From contig CP158635.1 in the NCBI GenBank assembly GCA_050273025.1, forward strand, positions 27,404,001 to 27,468,000: DNA of 64,000 bases, read 5' to 3'. This DNA comes from Cenococcum geophilum. Taxonomy: Eukaryota. Within the stretch, counting starts at the first letter, position 1, and every line of letters begins with the position of its first letter. Below the pieces are notes generated by a model. The model was given only the letters and a program-made list of their open reading frames with translations. It was not told where the DNA came from and searched no databases. This document shows, piece after piece, positions 37,750 through 53,004 of this stretch. A program made the translations under genes and the position numbers.

Positions 37750-38179
37750 TGTAACGGAACCTTGTAGCAAGAACTACGGTGGGTTCGTCAATGGGCTAGG
37801 TGTGTAGGAGCTGCAGGAAGTCAACAACAAATGTAACAACTGGTGGAGTGGTTGCCCAACAGATTAACTCCAATTGTATTCTGAGAATCACTACAAGGAA
37901 GGAACTATCTAGGTAGGGACTGAGGGTCCTTAAATACATAACCGTACTCCTAAGAAATCCTTCTTGTACGTGATGTACGTGTGCTCTGCCTGCTCTGTCG
38001 CAGATCACACAGATTACACAGATCACACAGATCACACAGATCACCTCACGTGACTCGGTTACCATTCCTCGTCACATGGCTCCACTGGTTCCATCCTAGA
38101 CCGTGCTCTTATCAACCAACTAGCTTCCTCCGACTCTTCTCCAAGTAGTCGTAACATCGTACTTAAAGCGTTCGTAACA
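37750..38179 (-). mobile_element. Solo LTR of the Gypsy I/J family
   Basis: tgtaacggaacc...cgtaaca; TSD ttaag on both sides; homologous to 54818-55243 and to the reverse complement of 62340-62764. Confidence 0.93.
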
Positions 38180-39588
38180 TTAAGTGAAAGTACTAGGCTA
38201 AAAAGAGTAGCCGCTAAAAAGTCTTAGCATAGATCTAACTAATTAGACAACCTTAACCGGCGGTTAAAGTTCCCAGATATCTGAAATTTTATAGTACTAG
38301 CAGAATTTAGCAAACAGCTATATTAGGGCTTTAGGGCGTTTTTGTCCCTATATTCCTCCAGTAACTTATTATCTTTATTATACTAGCATTCTATCTATTT
38401 ATCTAGGTACTTTAGGGGTCTAGGCGTATTAGGGTATTAGTTATAGAACTCTTTAAGCTTTTAGGGGTAGCCTATAAAGTTCTATATAGGGTACTAGGTT
38501 AGGTCTAGATTATAGCCCTTTTATTAAATACGGTATTTTAGCGTTTCCCGTACTATCTTATAGGCTAATATTTTATTAACTTCCTATTTATTGTCACCGT
38601 TTACTTAAACTAGTAAAGGAGGCTCGTTCTTTTATCTAGGTAATAGGTTATTTATAGCTTTCCATAATTTATCTAGTAAGAAAATAGGGTAAACCCTAAT
38701 TAAATCTAGGAGCTTTACCTTATATAAGTTGCCTATCTTTTTAAGAACCTTATATAGTCCTACTATTTAGTAGTCTAGCTTATAGCTAGGTTGTTTAGTC
38801 TTTTAATTCCTTATTATAACCTAGACCATATTACTAGGGGTAAAGTTAGGCTCTTAACGGTATTTATTTGCCTACTATTCTATTAACCTTTAAGCTTTTT
38901 TTAGGTTCTTATAGGCTACCGTCTAGGCTTCCTTTAAGCGTTTAGTATACTGTTAGGCCTTAGCATAGAATAGCTTCTCTTATATAGTCTAGGGTTTTTC
39001 TAACCTTTTCCAGTTAAAGCTTATATAGGGTAAGTATCCCATTTTTAGCTAAATTAGGGCAAACCCTATAGAGTTATAGGGTAGGGTTGCTTGGGCATAG
39101 TCTATTAAGGGTAATAGTTTAGACTAGTTATCCTAGAAATAGTTAATAAAGGGCCTAAGCCTTTAGTCTAGGTATTAATTTACAATCTCCGTCTAACCGT
39201 CTATCTAGGGGTAGTAAGCCGTAAAAAGCTTTAGCTTAATACCTAAGATTTAGGTAAACTTATTCTAGAAGGCCAATATAAACTATAGCCTATAATTAAA
39301 TATAATAGTATCTAGTAGTCTATAGATTCGGTAGACGTAATAAATATATAGCTAGGCTACCTCTTTAGCATTAATATTCTTATAATAGGGAATTAAAAAC
39401 GGGCGTTTACTAAAGCGGTTAACTATAACTATAACTATATTATATCCGTTACGGTCCTTAGGTAGTTTATAAAAGTCTATAAAGATATACTGCTAAGGGC
39501 GCTCTAGTATTAAGAGTGGCTTAAGTAGTCCTAGTATCCTATCCTGTAGGATTATAGCTCTCCTATAGTCTTTACAGTTCTATATATA

Positions 39589-42500
39589 ATAATAATAATA
39601 ATAATAATTTATTGCTTAACGTCCGATTTGGATCCCTATTAGGCCCACGCGGACTACTCCTTATTTACATATAGGGAGAAAACTCTATTTAAGAAAAATG
39701 AGAAAACCCCATAATCTATTTCCTTACCTTTTAGGACTCGCCTACTTAGCGCCTACGAGTCGCCTATAGTGCTCTACTACCTTACTATTTGACCTCTTTA
39801 GGAACTACTGCTGCCGTAACAAGCCTATAGACGCGCTAGTATTATAAACTATTACTCTACTACTGTAGAGTTACTAGGGGGCACCTACTGCTTGCCCCCT
39901 TGCCTTTTATTACTATTTCCCTTATAACCCGGAACTAATTTAGCATATTTTAACTAATAAGCCACTAGGTGACCGCCTTAAGGCCTTTTTATATTAAGAG
40001 CAGTATATTATAGTTCTTTATGCTAGCTGCTAAGAGTATTATTTCTTAATTGGTGCGTAGAGGGTATAGCAGTATTACGTGTTTTGGTGTCTATCTTAGC
40101 TAGCCATATTTACATCTTAGGCTACCTACTAGGATACCCACCTAGTAAAGCCAATCTTTTAGTCCTATTATTCCTATTCTTAAAAGTGTTGCTATTATAT
40201 TTTCTGCCTTTATTAGGCCTTCTCGGAGCCCTTAGGTATTTACCCCCTATAGCGTTAACTATACTATAGCTTGGGTTTGTTTTACCTAAGTTAGCCTCTA
40301 TACCTTTAATTCCTATTTACCTCTCCAGCGTTAGTCTAACTAGTATTGCATTATAGTAGATGGTTTCCCGGCGTTCTTATATGTTTTACTTTAGCTCCTT
40401 TCTCTATCTTACTGTTATTTTTGCTAACCTCTTATACGTCTCCCTTCCTTCTTTATATGGGCCTGGGCCCTAAAGCGGCACTATTCTTCTTCTGCTTTCT
40501 TTACCTGTTTCTCTAATATCTCTTCCCTACTTTGGGGTTATTGGTTTGTTCTCCTATAGGGCACCCTAGGATCCCTCTATAGTTTACTTAGGCGTGTCTT
40601 AATATACTTTATAATATTAGAGTTGCGTTTATTTTATATCCTTTATATTACAGTAGCTTTAATATATAACTATAGGGGGGGAATATTGGATTCCTTCTTA
40701 AGCAGTGCTATGGCCGTTTGCTTATACCCGCCTATAATACTCTAAAGGCAGGCTATTTAGACCTTTTAAAGTGGTTTAAGGAGTAATTTAGGGGGGCTCT
40801 TTTTAGTTTCTCTAATGGCCCAAATACTAGATTTATATGTCATGGTTAGCCGGACGACTGCTATATATAGTAGGCGTAACCTCTAGAAGCATGGACCCTA
40901 TGTGGAATTAACAATCCTAGATAAAGCGATAAACTATGCTTAGCCTTTATAGGCCGCTTACGCCGTATATACGCTCTACTGGAGCTTTCTATCTACCTAT
41001 ACTCCTAATACCCTTAGGCCCTAAACTAGTTAACCCCTAAAGCCTTAGATATAAATTATATGCTAGAGATCTATAGATTAGTTGCGTTTTCTTATAAAAT
41101 AGATTAGCTGGTATTTCTCTGGTAAGAATTAGATTCTATAACATTTTGCCTATTCTATATAAGTATTATAGGCTTTCTCTAGTGTTCTACAATTCTCTGT
41201 GGCTATTGGCCCGTATATAATTAGGTTTATATTATTAATAAAGCCTATCCCCTAGGTTGCCCCTTTCTTAAAGGAGTTAAGCAGGTTGCTTATAAAGAAA
41301 AGGAAGAGTATAGGTAAGAGGGGTAATCCTTATGGTATTCCTATTATAACTGCGATGGGGGGGCTCTAGTATCCGCTAAAGACTAGTAATGTTTCTTTCT
41401 GGCCTATAAACCTTTAGATAAATTATATAATCCATTCTAGAAAGCCCTTTGCCCTAAGGATATATAGAAGACGCTTATAGGGTATATTATTATAGGCACC
41501 ACTAATATCTAGGCTAAGCATTAATACTATAAAGTCCTTTCGCATCGCCTATGCAGATTTAATAGTGGTAGCGAGTAGCGTAAGTGCTAATAGTGTTAAG
41601 CGGTTCTTTCTTGCCCCTATTTAGCTTTATAGTAGTAGGGTGTATTTCTTTGCCGTATCTATTATATATTCCGCTATTACCCTTTCTAAGATCTTACTAA
41701 GGGTGTTTTTTAAGGCAATAGGGCGGTAGCTTTCTGGGATTAAGTAATCTGCTTTACCTTCTTTTTATAGGACAACTGTTGTTATAGATCTTCCGAGTTA
41801 TAGGTAGTAGCCTATAGTAAAGTATACTCTGGCTATATCTATAAGCTAAGGTGCTATAAGTGGCCTATAGGTTTTTAGGGCCTTATTTAGAATCCTATCT
41901 AGTCCTAGTACTATATTATTTAAAAGGCGGCTAATAGTTCTAGCCATTTCCTCTATTATTATATTGCTGTCGACCTATAGGCGGGTTACTAGTATTTTAC
42001 CTGTAATATTACTAAGGTCTACTAGAGCTAGTTAGGGGAAGAACCTTTCTATAAGGATCTTTGCCTTCTTATTATTATTATTTATAGCCTATAATTCTCC
42101 TGCTCTTTATAGGGGTAGTAGGTATAAGTCTTTTACTAGGCGCCCTGCCTTTTTCTTTACCTATTTTGCTATAGCCTAAAGGCCCTTATTATAGGGGAGG
42201 CTCGGGTTAGAAGTATACTTATTTATAAACTATCTCTAGTTATTTCTTGCTTCTTTTTTTAGGGTATTCTTTAGCTAGTTTCTTATATCTTTATATTATC
42301 TCTTATCTTTAGGGTTATAGCTACTTGTATATTTCCTTCTTACTTATTATTAGCTGGTAACTAAAACTGCGCATTATATGGACCATGCGTATTGCGCGTA
42401 GGGGCCTAGTTTTAAGATCGGGCAGTGCTCTTCTAGCCTATTTTTAATTGCTGCTTAGATCCTTTCTAGTCTTTAGTTAATTTCCTTAGGGGTGGCCAAT

Positions 42501-45141
42501 AAGCCTCGCTTATTTAATATTAGGTGGATTTCTTCTAGGTCTTAGAGTTGTTGTTTAACTACATTAAGGAAACTATTTATCTTAAGCTTTCTTATTACAT
42601 ATCTTTTTCTATTTAGTTGCGCTTTAGTATCTAGGTCTAGCTATATCTAAATAAAGATATAGTCTAGGGTAAGTGCCTATTCTTCTTTAGGGTTATACCT
42701 TTTAAGTCTCTAGTATAGGCCTTCGTCTATAAATATGAGGTTAATTATACTTCTAGCAGTGCCTTATTACCATATAATTACTCCTAGGGGAGTAGCTAGC
42801 TTAAGGCCCTAGATATCTATAGCTCTTAATAGGCACTCTAACTGTTAATCTGCAGTAATATAGATACCCCCCTACCGCGGGTAGTAGAGGTTTATATCTC
42901 CTAGTAGGATAAACTCTATACCTTTGGTTTTTAGTAAGCTTATTACTAATATAATATTCTCTATTTATAGGACCCCTTTAACCCTAGGGTTATATACATT
43001 AATAATTTATACCAGTCCCCTATATATTTGGATTATTATAACTATAATATCTAGGTTAACTGCCTGCTATAACTATAAGGATAGGCTAATAGCCTTACTA
43101 ATTATAAAGCACACGTGTGTAGCTACTTTTGGTTTATATAGGAGCTAAAATCCTTAGGGGCAGTATATTAATTATGTGAAGGTATTATAATACGGTTCTT
43201 ATATGGCAAGAATATAGTATTTCTCTAGGTCTAGACTATCTAGTAGGGGCCTTATAAGGCGGTGGTTTATATTGCCGTAGTTATACTATATAATGGATAA
43301 GTAGTGGACCCCCGGCAAGGGTCCTTTAACTCTCCTTTATTCCTTACTTCTTCTATTTCCACTTTCTCTAGAATATTTAGAGCTTCTATCTCTTATATCT
43401 ATACCCTAGTTACTACTTATTTTATATAGAGCTTTCTATTCCCATATTTTGTGTTCCTATTAGCGCTTCTATATCTAAATCTATTATTATTACCGGTTTT
43501 TCCCCTATTCTTACTAGTTGGCTATATACCCTTTATAGGTTGGCTATAAATATTATATTTGCTATATTAAGTCTAATTTTTAATTATCCTAGTCTTAAGC
43601 CTACTGTTGCTGTCTATAGGGGTCTTCCTATAGGGCGTCCTCTCCCTTATGTCCCCTATAACCCTTATATCCCTAATTAGTTTGGTAATATTACGCGGCG
43701 TCGCTTTTAGCCCATTAAGGCTTAGGATAGCTGGCCTAGCCCTCTAGTATTAAAGGTAGGAAACGCTAGGAAGGCGCCTGCGTCCCCCTAGCTTATTACC
43801 TATTATTTCCATTTATATAACCTAGCGTGCAGTTATTCCCACAGCTATTAAGCCCTTACCTTCCGTCTCCTATATTTAATACAGTCTTCTCTCTCCCACG
43901 CCTTATATATGCTTTAGTGGCAGTTTATACATTTTATTTAGTTTTAATTTAAGCAATATCTCGTATTATGGGGGCCTATACAGTGGCCACAGCATACCTA
44001 TGCTGCGCATATAGATTAGGTATGTCCCTATTATATATAGTAATAGCATCGTTCTAGGCGTAGTCTATAGTTATAGAGCCTTATATTATATATAAGGCCA
44101 TTTATAATTATTCCTTTTTAGATAAGGAGTTTTTACATTCCTAGTATATATATGCTGACGATAAGGGAGCTATGCGTTCGTCTGGCGTCTCCCTAGCGAG
44201 TCTTTAGCGACCCTTATGTCCTCTTATTATTCTTATTATATACTTAGTTTATATTTTCCTATTAAAGCTATTAGATTTAGGTAATTTTAAATCCTAATAT
44301 AAGGCGTTCCGTTTATCTTACTATCTCCTATATAATTGCTATATTATCCACCTAGCGTTCCTTTTCTACCCTAAGGCTTATAGGAACCGCTAGGACTTTA
44401 ACTAGGTAATCCTTACGGAGTACTTTTATGCCAATACATTCTCCTAGCCTATCCCCTACCCTTATAGCTCGTTCCTTTACCTATTAGTCCTTTAAGGTAA
44501 CTCTAATATCTCCGCTCTTAAGGTGTTAGACTATAATAGCATTATAGACCTCTTTATATATCTCTATAAGGACTTCTATTTCTAATTATCCCCTAAGCCC
44601 CTCTACTTATTCTATATTTAGTTATATTATAATTATATACCCAGTTATTAACTTAAGGGGGATAGGTTCCCTATGCTATAAAAGCGTAGCTACGGCGGCC
44701 TAGGTGCGGTTCGCCAGTAAAGAGGAGTTATACTTATTTTTAATTTTGCTTAGCTATTAAAGGATTTAATTAAGGGTTTGCTAGAGGGGCGCTTAAGATT
44801 TACTAAACTAGCGGAGCTATTCTACTAGCTATATTAGTTCATTATAGCTAACGGTTACTCCCCTATAATTCTAGATACTAGACGCGTCTAATAGGCTTTA
44901 TATTTTATTAGATGCCTTTTTAATAAAGGTATTTCCGCTTTATAGTGTAGTATTCGCCTATCTTTATTATAGATGGCTATTGCTAGGCGTAGTTCTAGCG
45001 GTCGCGCGCGAGTGCGAGCTACCGTCGTTTAATATGTGCCTCCCCTATAATGCATGCATCTTAGGGGGATTCTCTAGGTGTTTTTCAGGGTTCTTTTGGT
45101 TGGTTTTGGTCTTTTTGGGCCGGGTGTAGTAAGAGCTCCTT
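39589..45141 (-). mobile_element. Full-length Tad1-like LINE (RIP-inactivated): ORF1 with CCHC knuckles; ORF2 with endonuclease, RT and C-terminal zinc finger
   Basis: 18-bp TSD tttacagttctatatata (39571-39588, 45142-45159); (TTA)n 3' tail; ESYRPIALENTLGKILE at ~41685-41740; GF(V)DD at ~41230; CxC..RQTPKHVILLCP at ~40065-40120. Confidence 0.93.
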
Positions 45142-46507
45142 TTTACAGTTCTATATATATTAATTAATATCTATAACTATTTTTAGCTAGTAGTAGCGGT
45201 AGTTAATAATTTTATAGGTCTTATTCTTACTAGGGTATACTATAAAAACTTAGTAATAAGCTTTACGGATTAGTTTAGTTTATAAATTATTAACGTTAGG
45301 GACTATAAGCCGCTCTTAGTATAGGAGCAACCCTTCCTCTACTTTAAAATTGGGGTTTCCCTTTACGGCTTAATTATAGAGGGCCTTTAGGGCATTAGCC
45401 ATGCGGTTTATAGTTAAAAGGCGGTTAATTAGCCCTATTAGTTTATCTAAGGTCTCCTTTATTAATACTAGCTCGTTTAGCTAGGAGTTTAGCTCCTTAA
45501 GGATTTATAGGTTAAGCTATTTGGGATAGAGAAGGGCGCGCGTCTAATATTAGGTCTTTAGCTTATTCTAAAGTCCTATATCTTATTCTCTTTAGGTTAA
45601 GGTATTAGCTTTAAAGTTTTACTTACTAAAATAATATATAATCGTAAAGAAGAATTAGGAGAGTATTTTAGCTTACTAGGCTTATTATTTAGTAAGCTGC
45701 TTTATAGTTATAAAGTACTCTAGGGCTTTATAGTCTATATATATCTTAATTTAAAAGTTTGTACCTTTAAGCTCTATACGCTATTAGGAGAGTAATTAAA
45801 TAATAGCTAGTATCTCTTTATTATATACTTTATAGTTATACTTAGCTATGTTTATTGTTTTTAAAAAGAAGGTAATAGGGTACTATTCGCTGTCTAAATA
45901 TAACTATAATAGGATTCTCGCTATAACTCTATTAGAGGCATCCGTTTCTAGCATTAATTTAAGGTCTAGGTTATAGTAATAAAGGATTAAAAAAGAAATA
46001 AGCTAATCCTTTATCTCTTTAAAGGCTTCTATATAGTTATTATTAAAGATAAAAGGCGTATCCTTCCTAGTTAGTTATATAAGAGGTTTTACTATAATTC
46101 TATAGTCGCGGATAAACTAGTAATAAAAGTTATAAAAACTAAAAAAGGATTAGATTCCTTTTACTATATAAGGGGGCTTCTGGTTACAAATTACCTTTAC
46201 CTTCTTAGGGTTAACCTTAATTCCTTCTATAGTTACAATAAACCTAAGGTATTTTATACGCTTTACCCTAAACTCGCATTTCTTAATATTAACTTATAAG
46301 CCCGCGTTTTATAGTCTCTCTAGAACCTTCTTAATATAAACTTAATACTTAAGTTCGTCGTCTAAGTATATAAGAATGTTGTTTAGGTATACCGTATAGA
46401 ACTTATTAAGGTAATTAAAAAGAATATTATTTATATACCTTTAGTACGTAGCCAGTCCGTTTATTAGTCTAAAAGGAAGAACTTTATATTTATAGGAACT
46501 ATAACGG

Positions 46508-49500
46508 TGTTACGGAACCCGACCGCAGGGGCCTCCATAGGAGAACCCCGTGCTCTCGCGTATACCTCGCGTATAGCTTATATCAGCTACGCGAGGGTAT
46601 ATCACCTCCTTACGCCCTCGACCCTTACGATCGATTGCGCAACGTCTTGTAGACTCCCCGAATACATACACTTTATAGCCATTACCCGCGTTCTATAACA
46701 TTACGTTACGCCTTTTTCTTCACTAACGCTTAGCCTATAACCAATTCTACGTCTCTATAATACCGCAGACGCTGCCAGAAGCAGCGTGTTTATGAGTTAC
46801 CTTACTTTGTACTCCTAAAAAATCAACAATAGTAAAACGAAATTCCTTACTAGCTACTATGTTAAACTTAAAGAACAACCTAATACCTATATTAAAACCA
46901 CGACACTAATTAGTCCTAGGAGGATTTAATTTATTAGCCTTAGCCTTAACCCCTAAAGGGAAGCCTAGTGGCTTAAAAGACTACAACGACTATAAGGGGG
47001 ACATTAATAATATCTTATCCTTTATTAACTACATAACCATAAATAAATAAGCCGAAGGGCTACTACCTATTAAGATTGATATATAAGACGCTAAGATATT
47101 TGCTAAAATAGTAGCACGAGAACCTAATAAATACTACCGCCTTTTATAGAACTACTATCTAAAGCTTATACGAGCTAAGATGCGTACTACCTAAGATTAT
47201 AATATTATCTAAGACCTATAAGCTTATAAGGCGCTCGCTAATAATATACGCTAAGAGATTAAAGATAACCTCCGTGCGTCTAAACGCGACGTCTAATAAT
47301 TAAAGAAGGCCGAGATTATACTTATTACTACGGTTACCGAAAAAAAGGGTATAATTAAATACCTATAATCCTAGCTTAATAAGCACATTTGTAATAATAC
47401 TAGACATCTCTTTACTGTATATAACGCCACCTAAGTCTTTACGCCCCTGGCAACCTTACCTACTTAACGTTTAATAAAAGGTTAGCGCTAAGCAGCTTTA
47501 CCTAACGGGAACCCCTATTATAGTAGCGGCGATAATAAAAGCTATAACGATTAAACCTAAACTACTACTATAGGGTCTAATACACGCTACCCCAATCCTT
47601 TAATCTTTAAGGGTAACTGTAAGGAATATAGCCACTAGAAGATATAAACCCGCGAAAAACTAACCTAGAGCGCCTACCTTTTCCCTATAGAAGATATTAA
47701 GATTGGCTATATTATTGGACGAATAAAGGGCATCCTATTTAATAGGCTTTTCGCTTAATAGGAGATTAGTAGTCCCTAGAAGTAGTAGTCCTATTAAAAA
47801 GTCCTTAATAACCTTAACTAAATATACCGCGACTATAACCTAGTGGCTACTAGTTAAGCTAAACTACGCTCCCTAAAGATAAGTTCTACTAAATTATTTA
47901 ACGAGTTTTATGTTAAATTCTAGAAATATACCGAAGTCCTTATCTAAGACGACGCTAAAGACCAGGAAGATCTCCTTAAAAAAGTCACTTATTGCCTTAG
48001 TTACGCAGCCGCCAGCTATAACTATAACAACGTTTATAATATAGTAGCAGCCCTACGGAAGATTAAACGACGGCTAAACTAGATTACTACTATAAACCCC
48101 TACCCAAAGACCTCCCTATAGAAGCCCTCCGGATCTACTAAACCACTAACGCCTACTACCCTAAGTAATACCACTGGTCCTAATATCGACCTCTCTATAC
48201 TAGCCTTCCCAAAGAAGCTACTAGATAGAGAGCGCGAGCTACTCTAAAAGCTAAGGCGTTACTATAGATACTATTAAGAAGGCTATTATAGCTATAGCCC
48301 AAACTACCTAATGGCTAGGTTTAGTAGCTGCTGTTAAACACCTAACCCTATGCCCTAGACACTAAATATGTTGCTATACGCCGCTACCGTATAAGACGAA
48401 GATATAGTAACGGTAGTAAAATTAGACGCGGAAGCGGAAAACGTAAAGTCCTAGCCCTAAGTCGTAGGTTAGGACACTCTAATAATAGAGGGATCTATAT
48501 ATTAGCTTGCTTAATAAATAGCTTAGTAAAAATAGAAGGACGGAAGTAAATAGTCTTACCTATAGAGGGAACTACCGCTAAGAAATAATATAAAACCCAT
48601 TCTATAATTAACTGCGAAGCTACTAATAAATTTGTAGATACCTAATTTATGCGTACTTATAACCTACCTACCTTACCCCTTACTAAAGCCCGCGCCCTAT
48701 AACTTGCTAACGGTAGTTATACTATATAAAAGTTTACCTATATAGTATAACTCTACCTAAATATAAACGGATACTAGGAGGAGCTCTGGGCCTATATTAT
48801 ACCACTTATAAACTACCCTATTATCCTTAGAATAAACTAGCTTAAATAATATAACCCCACTATTAACTGGTAAAAGAGAGAAGTAACCTTTAACTCTAAA
48901 TACTATAGAGAGACTTGCCTAGGGTACGGCCTAGCCGCCTCTATCTACTCCCTAGGATATTAACCTAAGGAAACCCTTATTACCCTACCTATAACTAACT
49001 ACTACTATATAAGCGCCGCGGCCTTCTACCATATAGCACGTAGAAAAGGCTAGACCGTTGCCGTAGCCTCCTAATTACGACTATATAAGCTTAATAAAGA
49101 TTAGAACTACGTCCTCTATAGTAATAGGATAGATATAGTTAACCTCCTAGAAAATAATGCCCCCGTAAAACTTTACGGACTTTTACCCTTAGACTTTAAG
49201 AAGTTTATAAAGCTTAAAAAAGGACTTACTAATAAGGAACTCCGCAAGCTCCTCCCTAAGAGATACTATAACTTTATTAACGTATACTTATAAAAGAGCG
49301 TAGATATACTCCCCCTACATCGACCTAATAACTATACCATTAATATTAAATAAGGAAAAACGCCGTCCTATAAAAGACCCTACCTAATATTAAAAGACGA
49401 ACTCCTAGTTATTAAAAAGTATATTAACAAACACTTTAATAAAGGGTTTATTCGTCCTAGCATATCCTTAACAGCCGCCCCTATCCTCCTTACTAAAAAG

Positions 49501-52500
49501 CTAAGAAGAGGTATTTAATTCTACGTTAACTATAGAGGATTTAACGCTATTATAATTAAGAACTAATACCCCGTACCGCTTATACATAAGATCCTTAAAC
49601 GGCTTAGCCAAGCCAAAATCTATACTAAACTCAATATTATTGCCGCCTTTAACCGCCTCTAAATACGGGAAGGTGATAAATAAAAAACTGTATTTATATC
49701 GCGCTTCGGCTAATTTAAATATACCGTTATACCTTTTAGCGTATATAACGGCCTAGGCAACTTCTAAAGCTATATTAATAATGCCTTACGGGACTACCTT
49801 AATAACTTCTACTCTGTGTACCTGGACGATATAGTTATTTATAGTAATAACCCTTCTAAGTATACTGAGTACGTTTAAAAGGTTCTATAGCGCCTTAAAG
49901 ACGTAGGACTTTATATTAATTTAAAGAAGTGCGAATTCTTAGTTATAGAAGTAAAATACCTTAAACTAATTATTACTACTAAGGGTGTCTATATAGACCC
50001 CAAAAAAGTATATATAATTACTGGATGGCAAACCTCTACTTATATTAAGGACGTATAAGCCTTCCTTAGTTTTGCCAACTTCTATTAGAAATTTATATAT
50101 AACTTCTTAGGTGTTATAGCACTACTTATAGCAATAATATAAATAAAGGGCCTTTCCGTAAAAGGAAGGAAAATATATCTACGTTTTATCTGGACGCCTA
50201 AATACAAAAAAGTGTTCCAAGACTTAAAAGATACGTTTACCAAAGCACCTATCCTAGCTTACTTTATACCAGGACAATAACTCTATCTTAAGACTAACTC
50301 CTTAAACCACGTTAACGCAGGCGTCCTCTCCTAAATAGGTAACGACGGTCTCCTCTACCTAGTCGTATTTTACTCGTCTAAGCTTATACTATAAGAATGT
50401 AACTATAAGATCTATAATAAGGAACTCCTCGTAATTATATAAGCGTTTAAGGAATTCTAACTAGAACTCTCCTTAGTAGAACCTAACTAGCTAACTAAGG
50501 TCCTTACGGATTATCGCAACCTTAAGTACTTTATAACTATAAAATAACTAAACTAACGCTAAGTATGTTAGAACGAGTTCCTTTCTAATTTTAACTTTAA
50601 AATCGCATATAGGCTAGGAGTATAAGGTACTAAGCCTAATAGCCTAACACGCCGTTCGCAAGACCTTCCTTAGTTAGAAGATAACCCTTATAATTAATTC
50701 CAATAATAAATAATCCTAAAAGCACGAAACTTAGCCCTAGGTATACTACCTAAGACAGAATTAACTACCCTTTAGCTTTATACTATAGAACTAGAGTTAC
50801 CCCCTAAAATTAACGAACTTATTACCGCAGTATATAATACCCCTATTGACCTATTACTGTATTAACTAATTGCCGTAAAGATTGCCAGTACCCGTATACT
50901 ACCTACTAACCTTTAAAGCTTAGGCTAGATTAATATAGCAGCCTTAGAAGTAAAAGAGAATAGGCTCTATTATAGAGGCTATCTATTTATCCCCAACTTA
51001 GAAGACTTACAACAGTAACTAATCTAAATAGCCTATGACCTCCGATTAAGCGGCTACCTAGGTAAAAAAGGAACCTATAAGCTTCTTAGCCGATACTACT
51101 TCTGGCCTAAAATAATAGACTTAGTTAAACGCTTTATAAGCGCCTATTACGGCTATAAACGTATTAAAGCATTTTATATAAAGTACTAAGGACTGCTATA
51201 CCCTCTACTAGTACCTATACGATGATAGGCAGATATCGCTATAGATTTCGTTGTTAACCTACCACCTTATAAATAATATGGCCGAACCTATAAGAACATC
51301 CTTATAATAGTATGCCAACTTATAAAAGAACGCCACTACGTCCCAACTAAAGGCGTAGCCGTAAGCGACATTGCTAACGCCTTCCTCCGCGAAGTCTACC
51401 AACTATATAGGTTACCTAACTCTATTACGTCTAACTAAGGCACGTAATTTAACTCTAACGTATAGAGGCGGATCTGCTAACGCCTTAGTATCTCCGTTAA
51501 GATATCTATATCCTTTTATTATAAAACTGCAGGATAACTAGAAAACGCTAACGCTAGTATAAAGGCGTACTTATAATAGGTAGTCGCCTATAGTTAGGAC
51601 GACTGGGTAGACTACCTTTCGCTAGGTAAATTCGCAGTAAATAACTACGTCTTAGCCACTACAGGACTTACCCCGTTTTTTGCGAATAAAGGATATTACC
51701 TATAATCCGGCATAGAGCCACCAGAGCCTATTGATAAGAAACTACTATATAGAAAACGCCTTAAGATGCTACTTGCTAATTAATATATAGACTATATAAA
51801 AGACCTACTTAACTACTATAAAGGAGAGATGGCCTAGGCCTAAGCGAAACAAGCTTACTTTGCCGACCGCTATAGAATACCACTACCTAAGATACGTGTT
51901 AGCAACTGGGTATAGTTAGATATACGCAATATCTCTATATAAAGACCTATAAAGTCACTTAATTATAAGAACCTTAGCCCCTACTAGATTAAACGAGTTA
52001 TTAATAGAGGAGCTGTATATGAACTAGAGCTCCCGCCTACCTTAGCTACCTGTGGGATATAGCCCGTATTTTACCTATAGCTACTATACCTTTACCAGCC
52101 TAACCCTCTACTAGGACAAATATAGCCTAAACCCCTACTAGTATTAATCTAAGATAAGAATAAAGACGAGAACTATAAGGAGTAGACCATTAAACGAATT
52201 ATTAACTCTAAATACTCTAGTAAAGGCAGAGGACGGCGGCTCTACTATAAAGCTACCTATATAGGATTTAATATAGATTAGCCGGAATGGCAACTATAGG
52301 AAGATTTTAAAAATGTAAAAGATCTAATTAGCGATTTCTACTATATAAACCTATAGAAACTAGGCCTAAGCAGAGATTTCGTACCTAATCCCCTATAGAA
52401 GCCGTCACAGCTAAATTGTTGTATATTACCGTTACGTAACTACTCTAATAAGATATTAAGGAATTTTAACCGCCGGTTAAAGTTGTCTAATTGGTTAGAT

Positions 52501-53004
52501 TTTAGACGCTAAGGAGAAGCTAACTAATTAGGATTTTCCATCCCCGGGATGGAAAATCGCTATTAGCTTACTTGCTACTAGCGCCTTAGCGACACCCTTG
52601 CACCTTACTAAGTCCCTAACAGCCTCCTTCCCCTCTATAGCCTAGTACCTTCGTATAGTAGCAACCTATAAGCTTTAAGTTAGAAGCACCTATATAAGCC
52701 CGTTATACCTATAACGATATTCCTTCTTCTAGATACTCTAAGTATTTCCCCCTATATATATATAGCAACCACAGCGTCGCCAGAGCTCCGCCTTAATAGG
52801 AAGGGGGGTAATATTACGGAACCCGACCGTAGGGGCCTCCATAGGAGAACCCCGTGCTCTCGCGTACACCTTACGTACAGCTTATGTCAGCTACGCGAGG
52901 GTATATTACCTCCTTACGCCCTTAACCCTTACGATCGATTGCGCAACGTTTTATAGACTCCCTAAATACATACGCTTTATAGCCATTGCCCGCGTTCCGT
53001 GACA
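46508..53004 (+). mobile_element. Full-length Gypsy chromovirus K (RIP-inactivated)
   Basis: 193-bp LTRs at 46508-46700 and 52812-53004; PPT ggaagggggg; RT VYLDDI at ~49816; RNase H NYEIYDKELL at ~50401; integrase ~51030-51700; chromodomain ~52180-52380. Flanks do not form a TSD. Confidence 0.92.
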
